From Synechococcus elongatus PCC 6301 (GTDB taxonomy: Bacteria; Cyanobacteriota; Cyanobacteriia; Synechococcales; Synechococcaceae), in NCBI RefSeq assembly GCF_000010065.1, contig NC_006576.1, positions 360,001 through 392,000 of the forward strand: 32,000 nucleotides of DNA. The letters are read 5' to 3'. Both the position numbers and the translations under genes were made by a program. Positions 19,394 through 26,593 of this stretch are shown here, in pieces (position 1 is the first letter of the stretch; each line of letters opens with the position of its first letter). Under the pieces are notes generated by a model. That model saw nothing but the letters and a program-made list of their open reading frames with translations. It searched no databases and was not told the origin of the DNA.

Positions 19394-20248
19394 GTGCTCT
19401 CGCAAATTGCAATCTGCATTTGGGTGGAATCGACGGCAATTTTGCAGGATTGCCAGCGGGCGCTGTCGGCCGATCGCTATCAACTCCAAGTCTGTGAGTC
19501 TGGCGAAATGCTCTTGGAGTATGCCCAAACCCATCGTGACCAAATCGACTGCCTGATTTTAGTGGCAGCCAATCCCAGCTTCAGGGCAGTTGTTCAGCAG
19601 CTCTGCTTTGAGGGAGTGGTGGTACCAGCGATTGTCGTAGGCGATCGCGACAGTGAGGATCCCGATGAACCAGCCAAAGAACAGCTCTATCACAGCGCTG
19701 AACTGCACCTCGGTATCCATCAGCTCGAGCAATTGCCCTACCAAGTTGATGCTGCACTGGCTGAATTTCTGCGCTTAGCCCCGGTCGAGGCCATGGCCGA
19801 CCACATCATGCTGATGGGGGCCAACCACGATCCCGAGCTATCGAGCCAGCAGCGGGACCTCGCTCAGCGACTACAAGAGCGCCTAGGCTATCTCGGGGTC
19901 TACTACAAGCGTGATCCCGATCGCTTTCTGCGCAACCTACCCGCCTACGAAAGCCAAAAGCTGCACCAAGCGATGCAGACTAGCTATCGTGAAATCGTTT
20001 TGAGCTATTTTTCGCCGAATAGCAACCTCAACCAGAGCATTGACAACTTCGTCAACATGGCTTTCTTTGCCGATGTTCCAGTCACCAAAGTGGTAGAAAT
20101 TCACATGGAGCTGATGGACGAGTTTGCCAAGAAGCTCCGCGTAGAGGGACGTTCAGAGGACATTTTGCTGGATTATCGGCTGACTTTAATTGATGTAATT
20201 GCACATCTTTGTGAGATGTATCGACGGTCTATCCCACGAGAAACCTGA
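19394..20248 (+). CDS. kaiA: Circadian clock protein KaiA
   Basis: 284 aa with a GTG start. The sequence matches my recollection of S. elongatus KaiA throughout (MLSQIAICIWVESTAILQDCQRAL...EMYRRSIPRET). Confidence 0.95.
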   Translation: MLSQIAICIWVESTAILQDCQRALSADRYQLQVCESGEMLLEYAQTHRDQIDCLILVAANPSFRAVVQQLCFEGVVVPAIVVGDRDSEDPDEPAKEQLYHSAELHLGIHQLEQLPYQVDAALAEFLRLAPVEAMADHIMLMGANHDPELSSQQRDLAQRLQERLGYLGVYYKRDPDRFLRNLPAYESQKLHQAMQTSYREIVLSYFSPNSNLNQSIDNFVNMAFFADVPVTKVVEIHMELMDEFAKKLRVEGRSEDILLDYRLTLIDVIAHLCEMYRRSIPRET

Positions 20249-20337
20249 AAAGGTAAAGGAGGTCTTAAGCTCGGCTCAATTTCTCTCTTTATCCTGTTAG
20301 ATGGTTTGATTGCTGTTGCTACCCCGTTGATCTGCGT
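20249..20337 (+). promoter_or_regulatory. kaiA-kaiB intergenic region expected to carry kaiBC promoter/5' leader elements
   Basis: It is established that kaiBC is transcribed as a dicistron from its own promoter upstream of kaiB. I could not pinpoint a -10/-35 or TSS by eye, and part of the promoter may lie inside the kaiA 3' end. Confidence 0.4.
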
Positions 20338-20646
20338 ATGAGCCCTCGTAAAACCTACATTCTCAAGCTCTACGTCGCCGGCAATACTCCAAACTCAGTC
20401 CGTGCCCTCAAAACGCTCAAGAACATTCTCGAAGTTGAATTTCAAGGTGTTTATGCTCTAAAGGTGATCGATGTTCTCAAAAATCCTCAGTTGGCAGAAG
20501 AGGATAAAATCCTAGCGACGCCAACCCTCGCCAAGGTTCTACCACTGCCTGTCCGACGGATTATTGGTGATTTATCCGACCGTGAGAAAGTTTTGATTGG
20601 CCTTGATTTACTCTACGGCGAACTTCAAGATTCCGACGACTTCTAA
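20338..20646 (+). CDS. kaiB: Circadian clock protein KaiB
   Basis: 102 aa, [32 protein letters not shown]..., thioredoxin-like KaiB family. Confidence 0.95.
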   Translation: MSPRKTYILKLYVAGNTPNSVRALKTLKNILEVEFQGVYALKVIDVLKNPQLAEEDKILATPTLAKVLPLPVRRIIGDLSDREKVLIGLDLLYGELQDSDDF

Positions 20647-20695
20647 CTGTCGTTAACTGCTTTGTTGGTACTACCTGACTTCACCCTCTTTTAAG

Positions 20696-22255
20696 ATGAC
20701 TTCCGCTGAGATGACTAGCCCTAATAATAATTCTGAGCACCAAGCCATCGCTAAGATGCGCACGATGATTGAAGGCTTTGATGATATTAGTCATGGCGGT
20801 CTTCCAATCGGGCGATCGACCCTCGTTAGTGGTACTTCAGGAACCGGCAAGACCCTTTTTTCTATTCAATTTCTCTATAACGGTATTATCGAGTTTGATG
20901 AGCCTGGGGTTTTCGTTACTTTCGAAGAAACCCCGCAAGATATCATTAAAAACGCCCGTAGTTTTGGCTGGGATTTAGCCAAGCTGGTCGATGAGGGCAA
21001 ACTATTTATTCTTGATGCTTCACCCGATCCAGAAGGTCAAGAGGTTGTTGGCGGCTTCGATCTCTCTGCTCTGATTGAGCGGATTAATTATGCAATTCAA
21101 AAGTATCGAGCGCGGCGGGTTTCAATTGACTCGGTCACGTCCGTTTTCCAGCAATATGATGCCTCTTCTGTGGTTCGCCGCGAACTCTTTCGGTTGGTAG
21201 CTCGCCTAAAACAAATTGGGGCAACTACGGTCATGACCACCGAGCGTATCGAGGAATATGGCCCGATCGCTCGTTACGGTGTTGAGGAATTTGTCTCCGA
21301 TAACGTCGTGATTCTCCGCAACGTTTTGGAAGGGGAGCGCCGTCGCCGCACCCTCGAAATCCTCAAGCTACGTGGCACCAGCCACATGAAAGGGGAATAT
21401 CCGTTCACGATTACGGATCATGGCATCAATATCTTCCCGCTCGGGGCAATGCGCCTTACGCAGCGATCGTCGAACGTGCGTGTTTCATCTGGTGTCGTCC
21501 GACTCGATGAAATGTGTGGTGGGGGCTTCTTTAAGGACTCAATCATTCTGGCAACTGGCGCTACAGGCACTGGTAAAACTCTGTTAGTTAGCCGTTTCGT
21601 TGAGAATGCTTGTGCTAACAAAGAGCGGGCGATTCTGTTCGCTTATGAAGAGTCACGAGCTCAGCTGCTCCGCAATGCCTATTCATGGGGAATGGACTTT
21701 GAGGAGATGGAGCGCCAAAACCTCCTCAAAATTGTTTGCGCCTATCCTGAATCTGCAGGTCTTGAAGACCATTTGCAGATTATTAAGTCGGAGATCAATG
21801 ACTTTAAGCCAGCTCGTATTGCAATCGACTCCCTCTCTGCTTTGGCGCGGGGCGTTAGCAACAATGCCTTCCGCCAATTTGTAATTGGTGTCACTGGCTA
21901 CGCGAAACAAGAAGAAATCACGGGACTATTCACAAATACCAGTGATCAATTTATGGGAGCGCATTCGATTACTGACTCCCATATCTCAACAATTACGGAT
22001 ACGATTATCTTGCTCCAATACGTCGAGATTCGTGGCGAAATGTCCCGCGCCATTAACGTCTTCAAGATGCGCGGATCTTGGCATGACAAAGCAATCCGCG
22101 AATTCATGATCAGCGACAAAGGGCCGGACATCAAGGATTCTTTCCGGAACTTTGAGCGGATTATTTCAGGTTCGCCAACACGGATTACCGTCGATGAGAA
22201 AAGCGAACTCTCGCGAATTGTGCGCGGCGTTCAAGAAAAAGGGCCGGAGAGCTAG
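20696..22255 (+). CDS. kaiC: Circadian clock protein KaiC (duplicated RecA/DnaB-like ATPase)
   Basis: 519 aa. Two Walker A motifs: GTSGTGKT (aa 46-53, nt 20831-20854) and GATGTGKT (aa 288-295, nt 21557-21580). Phosphosites S431/T432 lie in HISTITD (nt 21986-21991). Confidence 0.97.
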   Translation: MTSAEMTSPNNNSEHQAIAKMRTMIEGFDDISHGGLPIGRSTLVSGTSGTGKTLFSIQFLYNGIIEFDEPGVFVTFEETPQDIIKNARSFGWDLAKLVDEGKLFILDASPDPEGQEVVGGFDLSALIERINYAIQKYRARRVSIDSVTSVFQQYDASSVVRRELFRLVARLKQIGATTVMTTERIEEYGPIARYGVEEFVSDNVVILRNVLEGERRRRTLEILKLRGTSHMKGEYPFTITDHGINIFPLGAMRLTQRSSNVRVSSGVVRLDEMCGGGFFKDSIILATGATGTGKTLLVSRFVENACANKERAILFAYEESRAQLLRNAYSWGMDFEEMERQNLLKIVCAYPESAGLEDHLQIIKSEINDFKPARIAIDSLSALARGVSNNAFRQFVIGVTGYAKQEEITGLFTNTSDQFMGAHSITDSHISTITDTIILLQYVEIRGEMSRAINVFKMRGSWHDKAIREFMISDKGPDIKDSFRNFERIISGSPTRITVDEKSELSRIVRGVQEKGPES

Positions 22256-23259
22256 CCAGCGATCGCGCTTAGGTATTCTTGTCTCAGCTCAGTCGTCAAC
22301 CCGAGCACCGAGAAAGCTAAGGCCTCGCGATAAAGCCGTTGTGCTGGATTCTGTAGCGAATTCGCCGCACCAGCGGCACTGAAAACAGCGGCTTGGGTAC
22401 AACGATGCATCAGGGTCAGGGCTTGAATGCGTAGACTCAGCGCCTCTCTGAAATCAGCTTGGCCCAAGGCTTGAGCGATCGCCTGTTCGAGTTGCCCAAG
22501 TTGGGCAGTTAGAACTTCTCGGCAATCTGCATCGCGCGCAGTCAGCAGCCCTAGACAGGCACGTGCTAACCCACAGGCGAAGGCCGAGGGACTGAGCGTC
22601 CCTTGGCGATCGCGATCGCGGATCCAAGTGGCGGGCAGGATGGTCACCAAGCGATCGCGGGGCAGGGTGATGATTAGTTGCGCTGCAACCGTTCCGGTTG
22701 TACCCATCGCGGCCAGTGCGAGCGGTGAGACCTTCCACTCAGGCGCTTGGGCCGGGATCAACGCAAACGGTGTTTGCCCCTCTGGCAATGGCGCAGCAAT
22801 CAGAAACTCTTCAAAAAAACCCCAACCGGTCAGCCAAGGCAGTTCTCCCGACAGAACGATGTGATCCTTATGCCAACTGGCTTGCAGGGGTGAGGGCGAT
22901 CGACGCAGATGGGAAAAGCCAATCCCCACCGTAGGACGGCCGTAGCTGAGGCCAGAGAGTCGGCGATCGCTGGGTTGATGCTTGCTCAGAAAAGAGGCTG
23001 CACTCTGGTGCTGGGTTTGTAAAAAAGCCAAGGCACCGGAAGCACTCGCGATCGCCGCTTGAGCCTGCCATACCTCAACCGGTGAGAGCGCTAAACCTTC
23101 CTCACAGGCAGGGACAGAAAACCCGAGCCAACCGCGATCGCCCATTGCCTGCAACACCTGAGCCAGCACTACCGGATCCTGATCGATCCGCTCGGCTTGG
23201 GGCTGCACCTCAGCGGTCAGCCAAGCTTGCAAATCTTGCAGGTCGAATCGAGGAGCCAT
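22252..23259 (-). CDS. Acyl-CoA dehydrogenase-like family protein
   Basis: 335 aa. The N-terminal region (ERIDQDP..L..L...GWLG) and the overall helical/beta/helical layout resemble the ACAD family, but this is a weak family call. Its stop codon overlaps the kaiC stop within GCTAGC. Confidence 0.6.
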   Translation of the reverse strand: MAPRFDLQDLQAWLTAEVQPQAERIDQDPVVLAQVLQAMGDRGWLGFSVPACEEGLALSPVEVWQAQAAIASASGALAFLQTQHQSAASFLSKHQPSDRRLSGLSYGRPTVGIGFSHLRRSPSPLQASWHKDHIVLSGELPWLTGWGFFEEFLIAAPLPEGQTPFALIPAQAPEWKVSPLALAAMGTTGTVAAQLIITLPRDRLVTILPATWIRDRDRQGTLSPSAFACGLARACLGLLTARDADCREVLTAQLGQLEQAIAQALGQADFREALSLRIQALTLMHRCTQAAVFSAAGAANSLQNPAQRLYREALAFSVLGLTTELRQEYLSAIAG

Positions 23260-23284
23260 ATCAGCGGGCGATCGCGATTAAACC

Positions 23285-23788
23285 TTAGGCAGCGAGTGCT
23301 GCTTCGATCGCTTGAATCAGGCTGGCATCGTTGGGGGCAACGCCACTCTTGAAGCGGGCTAAGACAGTGCCATCCTTGCCGACCAAAAATTTCTCAAAGT
23401 TCCAAGCTACGTCACCGGCAGGGTCCGTTTGCGTCAGCGCTGCGTAAAGAGGATGTTGATCCGCGCCTTTGGCATGGACTTTATCGAACAGTTCGAAGCT
23501 GACATCGAAACGAGTGGAGCAGAAGGTTTTGATCTCCTCATTGCTGCCCGGTTCCTGGGCCCCAAAGTCATTGCAGGGGAACGCCAAGACCTGCAGACCG
23601 CGATCGCGGTATTGGCGATAGAGGGCTTCCAAGCCGCTGTACTGCGAGGTGTAACCGCAGTAGGAGGCCACGTTGACAATCAACAACACCTGACCGGCGT
23701 AGTCGCTGAGGCTTTTCGCTGCACCGTCGATGGTTGTGACGGCGATGTCAGTGACTTGAGGAGCCATGGATACGTTACGAATCTTCAT
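23285..23788 (-). CDS. Glutathione peroxidase-family protein (Cys-type)
   Basis: Motifs LLIVNVASYCGYT, LAFPCNDFGAQEPG and WNFEKFLV are GPx hallmarks. An alternative start lies at the internal Met (MAPQV, nt 23767). Confidence 0.88.
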   Translation of the reverse strand: MKIRNVSMAPQVTDIAVTTIDGAAKSLSDYAGQVLLIVNVASYCGYTSQYSGLEALYRQYRDRGLQVLAFPCNDFGAQEPGSNEEIKTFCSTRFDVSFELFDKVHAKGADQHPLYAALTQTDPAGDVAWNFEKFLVGKDGTVLARFKSGVAPNDASLIQAIEAALAA

Positions 23789-23918
23789 GGTCTATTCTCG
23801 CAGGCACTCGGGCTGAGCTGCAGAGCCGCTCTGAAATCTCAAGCTTCGGGCGAGCTGGAAGCCAAGCAAAGGCGATCGGGTTTTTAGCGAGCGGGGAGTC
23901 CCGTGATGCTTTGGGATT

Positions 23919-24335
23919 TTAGGAAAGGAGAGGGTTAGCGAGTTCCCAGTCCACCACCCGCAAACCCGTGATGCGAACAAACTCTCGCGTGTTGTAGGTG
24001 ACGAGGGTGGTATCGAAAGCACGAGCCGTGGCTGCAATCAGGAGATCATTTGGGCCAATGGGTTTGCCTTGGGCAGCGGGGTCAGCGCGAATCAGTCCGG
24101 CTTCTTCGGCACAGCGATCGGTGAAGGGGAGACTTTGCAGAGGAGCAAAGAAGCGATCGAGGAGCTGTAGGTTCGCTTCGACGTTTTGACTACGGCGTGC
24201 CCCGTAGAGCAGTTCAGATTTGACGATGCTGCAGAGGGCAATGTCTGCGGGCGATTGTTGCCGAAAGTGCTGCAGTAACTGGGGATGGCGGCGATTAAGG
24301 AGCTGGATGCAAGCGTTGGTGTCGAGCAGAAACAT
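23919..24335 (-). CDS. vapC: PIN-domain toxin, VapC family
   Basis: N-terminus MFLLDTNACIQLL and C-terminus DLLIAATA...LVTYNTREF are typical of PIN/VapC. It begins 3 nt after the upstream antitoxin gene. Confidence 0.88.
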   Translation of the reverse strand: MFLLDTNACIQLLNRRHPQLLQHFRQQSPADIALCSIVKSELLYGARRSQNVEANLQLLDRFFAPLQSLPFTDRCAEEAGLIRADPAAQGKPIGPNDLLIAATARAFDTTLVTYNTREFVRITGLRVVDWELANPLLS

Positions 24336-24338
24336 TGT

Positions 24339-24563
24339 CTATTGCCAGTCCAGGCGCTCTTCCCAGGCATCAGATGTGGGGCGTTCCGGTGGGTCGCCTT
24401 GCCACTGTCTAAAGATTTCGAAGTAGCCCTCAGGCCAGTCGTGGTTGAGGTCGCGCTTGACGAGGAGCGCCAGATATTTAGAGAGAGACAGCTGAGCGGA
24501 TTCTGCCTTGGCTTGTAGTCGCTTGGCGATGTCTTCGGAGACATAGCAATGGAGCTGAGGCAT
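24339..24563 (-). CDS. Ribbon-helix-helix (CopG-like) antitoxin partner of VapC
   Basis: 74 aa. The beta-strand LHCYVSEDI is followed by two helices (AKRLQAKAES / LSKYLALLVKRDL). It sits immediately upstream of vapC. Confidence 0.75.
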   Translation of the reverse strand: MPQLHCYVSEDIAKRLQAKAESAQLSLSKYLALLVKRDLNHDWPEGYFEIFRQWQGDPPERPTSDAWEERLDWQ

Positions 24564-24631
24564 AAGGAATAGGTTGTTTATATGTAGAGTATGTGTCTCT
24601 CAGACTAGCACTGCTAGGGTGGGAACAATAG

Positions 24632-24715
24632 GATAGCGATCGCCTCTTACCTAAGCTGATATCTGATGAAATTCGGATCAAAGATGCCGAGAAAGTAGCT
24701 GAGGAGGTGTTGTAG
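24632..24715 (+). pseudogene. Remnant resembling the C-terminus of a type I R-M specificity subunit (HsdS)
   Basis: In-frame translation gives DSDRLLPKLISDEIRIKDAEKVAEEVL*, bounded upstream by a TAG at 24629. It resembles the conserved ...LLPKLISGEIRV.DAE... HsdS tail. Its TAG overlaps the GTG start of the next gene (TAGTG). Confidence 0.55.
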
Positions 24716-24975
24716 TGCCAGAGATTAGCCGCTTCTTTGGAATCATTATCACTATGTACTACAACGACCACGCGCCGCCCCACTTCCATGTTCGCTATGG
24801 TCAACAGAAAGCCATCATTTCTATTGATACTCTTGCCGTTTTAGAAGGAAGCCTTAAACCCCGTACCCTTGGGCTCGTGATTGAATGGGCAGCTCAGCAC
24901 CAAGCCGAACTAAGGAATGACTGGCAGCTTGCCCGCCAAAACGCTCCCCTAGAAGCGATCGAACCACTGGAGTAA
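24715..24975 (+). CDS. DUF4160-family protein (cassette 1)
   Basis: 86 aa, MPEISRFFGIIITMYYNDHAPPHFHVRYG... is the DUF4160 signature. GTG start with the SD GAGGAGG 7 nt upstream. Confidence 0.8.
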   Translation: MPEISRFFGIIITMYYNDHAPPHFHVRYGQQKAIISIDTLAVLEGSLKPRTLGLVIEWAAQHQAELRNDWQLARQNAPLEAIEPLE

Positions 24976-24979
24976 GACC

Positions 24980-25324
24980 ATGCTCAAAGATGTCATTGCT
25001 GTAAAAGCGATCGAAGATTATCAACTTCAGATCACCTTTGAAGACCATAAAGAAGGAATCGTTAATCTAGCCGAAATCATCGAGTTTAGCGGCATCTTCG
25101 AGCCGCTCAAGAATCCTACTTACTTTGCTACTGTCCAAGTTGATCCAGATCTCGGGACTCTTTGCTGGGACAACGGTGCAGATATTGATCCGGTGGTTCT
25201 GTATGCCAAAGTCACGAACCCAGAAACATCCCTATCTGAGATCCGTGATCGGCTTTTACCTCAGCTAATGTCTAGCGGAAGTGAGCGTAAGGATGCTGAG
25301 GAAGCAACTGGGGAGAGCTTGTAG
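24980..25324 (+). CDS. DUF2442-family protein (cassette 1) with a C-terminal extension that reads through an HsdS-tail-like remnant
   Basis: The core (aa 1 to about 80: ..YQLQITFEDHKEGIVNL...LCWDNGADIDPVVLY) matches DUF2442. The tail EIRDRLLPQLMSSGSERKDAEEATGESL is homologous to the remnant at 24632-24715. Confidence 0.78.
   Translation: MLKDVIAVKAIEDYQLQITFEDHKEGIVNLAEIIEFSGIFEPLKNPTYFATVQVDPDLGTLCWDNGADIDPVVLYAKVTNPETSLSEIRDRLLPQLMSSGSERKDAEEATGESL
25238..25324 (+). pseudogene. Second HsdS-C-terminus-like remnant, fused in frame to the cassette-1 DUF2442 ORF
   Basis: The 25-aa stretch DRLLPQLMSSGSERKDAEEATGESL* is identical at 14/25 positions to DRLLPKLISDEIRIKDAEKVAEEVL*. The 11-mer TTGTAGTGCCA is identical at both junctions (24710-24720 and 25319-25329). 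Confidence 0.5.
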
Positions 25325-25572
25325 TGCCAACTGTTCTTTTTTTGCGAGGTTGGCGGTTCCATTTCTATTCCAATGAAGGAACGGAACCAATCCTCATTCA
25401 CGCTCAAAGAGGAGAGGCTGAATGTAAATACTGGCTTAATCCAGAAATCTATGACATCCGAGAAGCCTATGCTTACAATATGAGTAAACGAGATACAAGA
25501 GAGGTACGCAAAATTATCCTGCAAAACTTTGATGAAATCGTAGAAGCTTGGACTAACTATTTCGGAGAGTAA
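25324..25572 (+). CDS. DUF4160-family protein (cassette 2)
   Basis: 82 aa, MPTVLFLRGWRFHFYSNEGTEPILIHAQRGEAECKYWL... is DUF4160-like. Its GTG start shares a G with the preceding TAG. Confidence 0.75.
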   Translation: MPTVLFLRGWRFHFYSNEGTEPILIHAQRGEAECKYWLNPEIYDIREAYAYNMSKRDTREVRKIILQNFDEIVEAWTNYFGE

Positions 25573-25574
25573 AT

Positions 25575-25835
25575 ATGAATCCACATCATATCGTTCAAAA
25601 CCTTAGCTTTGACCAAGAAAACATGATTCTCAGTGTTGATGGGTCAACGTACTCTATCCCAATTAGCCAAGCTTCAAAACGGCTCTCTCAAGCAACAGAA
25701 GCAGAACGCAAGCTTTATCAAATTTCTCCCTCTGGCTATGGCATTCATTGGTTAGCAATTGACGAAGACCTATCCATTGATGGCTTGATTCGCTTGGCAA
25801 ATAGTCTGCCAGTCCAGAATGCCTCCAGATTCTAA
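25575..25835 (+). CDS. DUF2442-family protein (cassette 2)
   Basis: 86 aa with the DUF2442 hallmark ...ISPSGYGIHWLAIDEDLSIDGLI. It starts 2 nt after the DUF4160 stop. Confidence 0.75.
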   Translation: MNPHHIVQNLSFDQENMILSVDGSTYSIPISQASKRLSQATEAERKLYQISPSGYGIHWLAIDEDLSIDGLIRLANSLPVQNASRF

Positions 25836-25926
25836 CCATGCATGGCTTTGAGGAAATGCCCCGTGGGACTGGCCTCAGACAAAGCCCCTGAGTTAGCGAT
25901 CGCCAGTTTTGGCTAAGTGCTATTGT

Positions 25927-25946
25927 TGTACAACAAGCTGTACAAC
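25927..25946. promoter_or_regulatory. Putative YefM/YefM-YoeB operator: two TGTACA cores 12 bp apart
   Basis: TGTACAAC lies at 25927-25934 and again at 25939-25946, ending 10 nt upstream of the yefM ATG (25957). The E. coli yefM-yoeB operator also uses two TGTACA-core palindromes with 12-bp centre spacing. Confidence 0.6.
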
Positions 25947-25956
25947 TCCTCGGCTC

Positions 25957-26211
25957 ATGAAAGTTGTTTCCTTCAGTGACGCCAGAAAAAATCTCAAGAC
26001 TGTCTTGGATGAAGTCGTCAACGACGCTGACTACACGATCATTACTCGCCGCAATGCCGAGGAGGTCGTGGTCATGTCCCTCGACTCCTTCAATAGCCTG
26101 ATCGAAACCTTCCACCTGCTCAAATCCCCTGCCAATGCTGCTCACCTACAACGCTCGATCGCTCAGTACCAGCAAGGTCAAACAGTCGAGCGAAATCTAT
26201 TAGATGCGTAA
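25957..26211 (+). CDS. yefM: YefM/Phd-family antitoxin
   Basis: MKVVSFSDARKNLKTVLDEVVNDADYTIITRRNAEEVVVMSLDSFNSLIETFHLLKSP.N is classic YefM. The internal ATG at 25957 is preferred to the ORF-track start at 25909. Confidence 0.9.
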   Translation: MKVVSFSDARKNLKTVLDEVVNDADYTIITRRNAEEVVVMSLDSFNSLIETFHLLKSPANAAHLQRSIAQYQQGQTVERNLLDA

Positions 26212-26467
26212 GCTGGCTTGGACAAACGAGGCTTGGGAAGATTACCTGTATTGGCAAGGGCAGGACAAGAAGACCTTAAATCGCATCAACAAGCTCATTA
26301 CCGAAACCTTGCGATCGCCCTTTGAGGGGATTGGTAAGCCAGAAGCGCTCAGGGAGAACCTGACTGGGTTTTGGTCACGCCGCATTGACGACACCAATCG
26401 CTTAGTTTACGCAGTAGCAGATGACTACCTGACCATTATTTCCTGTCGCTACCACTACAGCGATTAA
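26204..26467 (+). CDS. yoeB: YoeB-family mRNA interferase toxin
   Basis: MRKLAWTNEAWEDYLYWQGQDKKTLNRINKLI...FWSRRIDDTNRLVY...CRYHY matches YoeB. It overlaps yefM by 8 nt (ATGCGTAA). Confidence 0.9.
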   Translation: MRKLAWTNEAWEDYLYWQGQDKKTLNRINKLITETLRSPFEGIGKPEALRENLTGFWSRRIDDTNRLVYAVADDYLTIISCRYHYSD

Positions 26468-26593
26468 TACCTCCTCAGTCTTTTCAACAATATGGGTACT
26501 GGCTGAGTAATCACAGTTGTGCCAAGGGCAGCAAGTCTGAACAGCAATGTGATGTCTGTCAGCACAAGTAAGGTATGAAATTTATAGACAGAC

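Noticed and set aside
24092-24544. 150-aa alternative-frame ORF across vapB-vapC (minus strand)
   Set aside because: It shares the strand but is out of frame with two well-supported genes. It is Ser/Thr/Pro-rich with no family signal.
24606-24616. Palindrome TAGCA-C-TGCTA 43 nt upstream of the RHH antitoxin gene as a candidate operator
   Set aside because: The arms are only 5 bp and there is a single copy, so I cannot distinguish it from chance. It also lies in the DNA I interpret as degraded hsdS sequence.
25261-26145. Minus-strand ORFs of 107 aa (25261-25584) and 160 aa (25663-26145) in the TA islet
   Set aside because: Both lie antisense to recognisable DUF4160/DUF2442/yefM genes and cross intergenic regions. 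They have no motifs and no plausible RBS.
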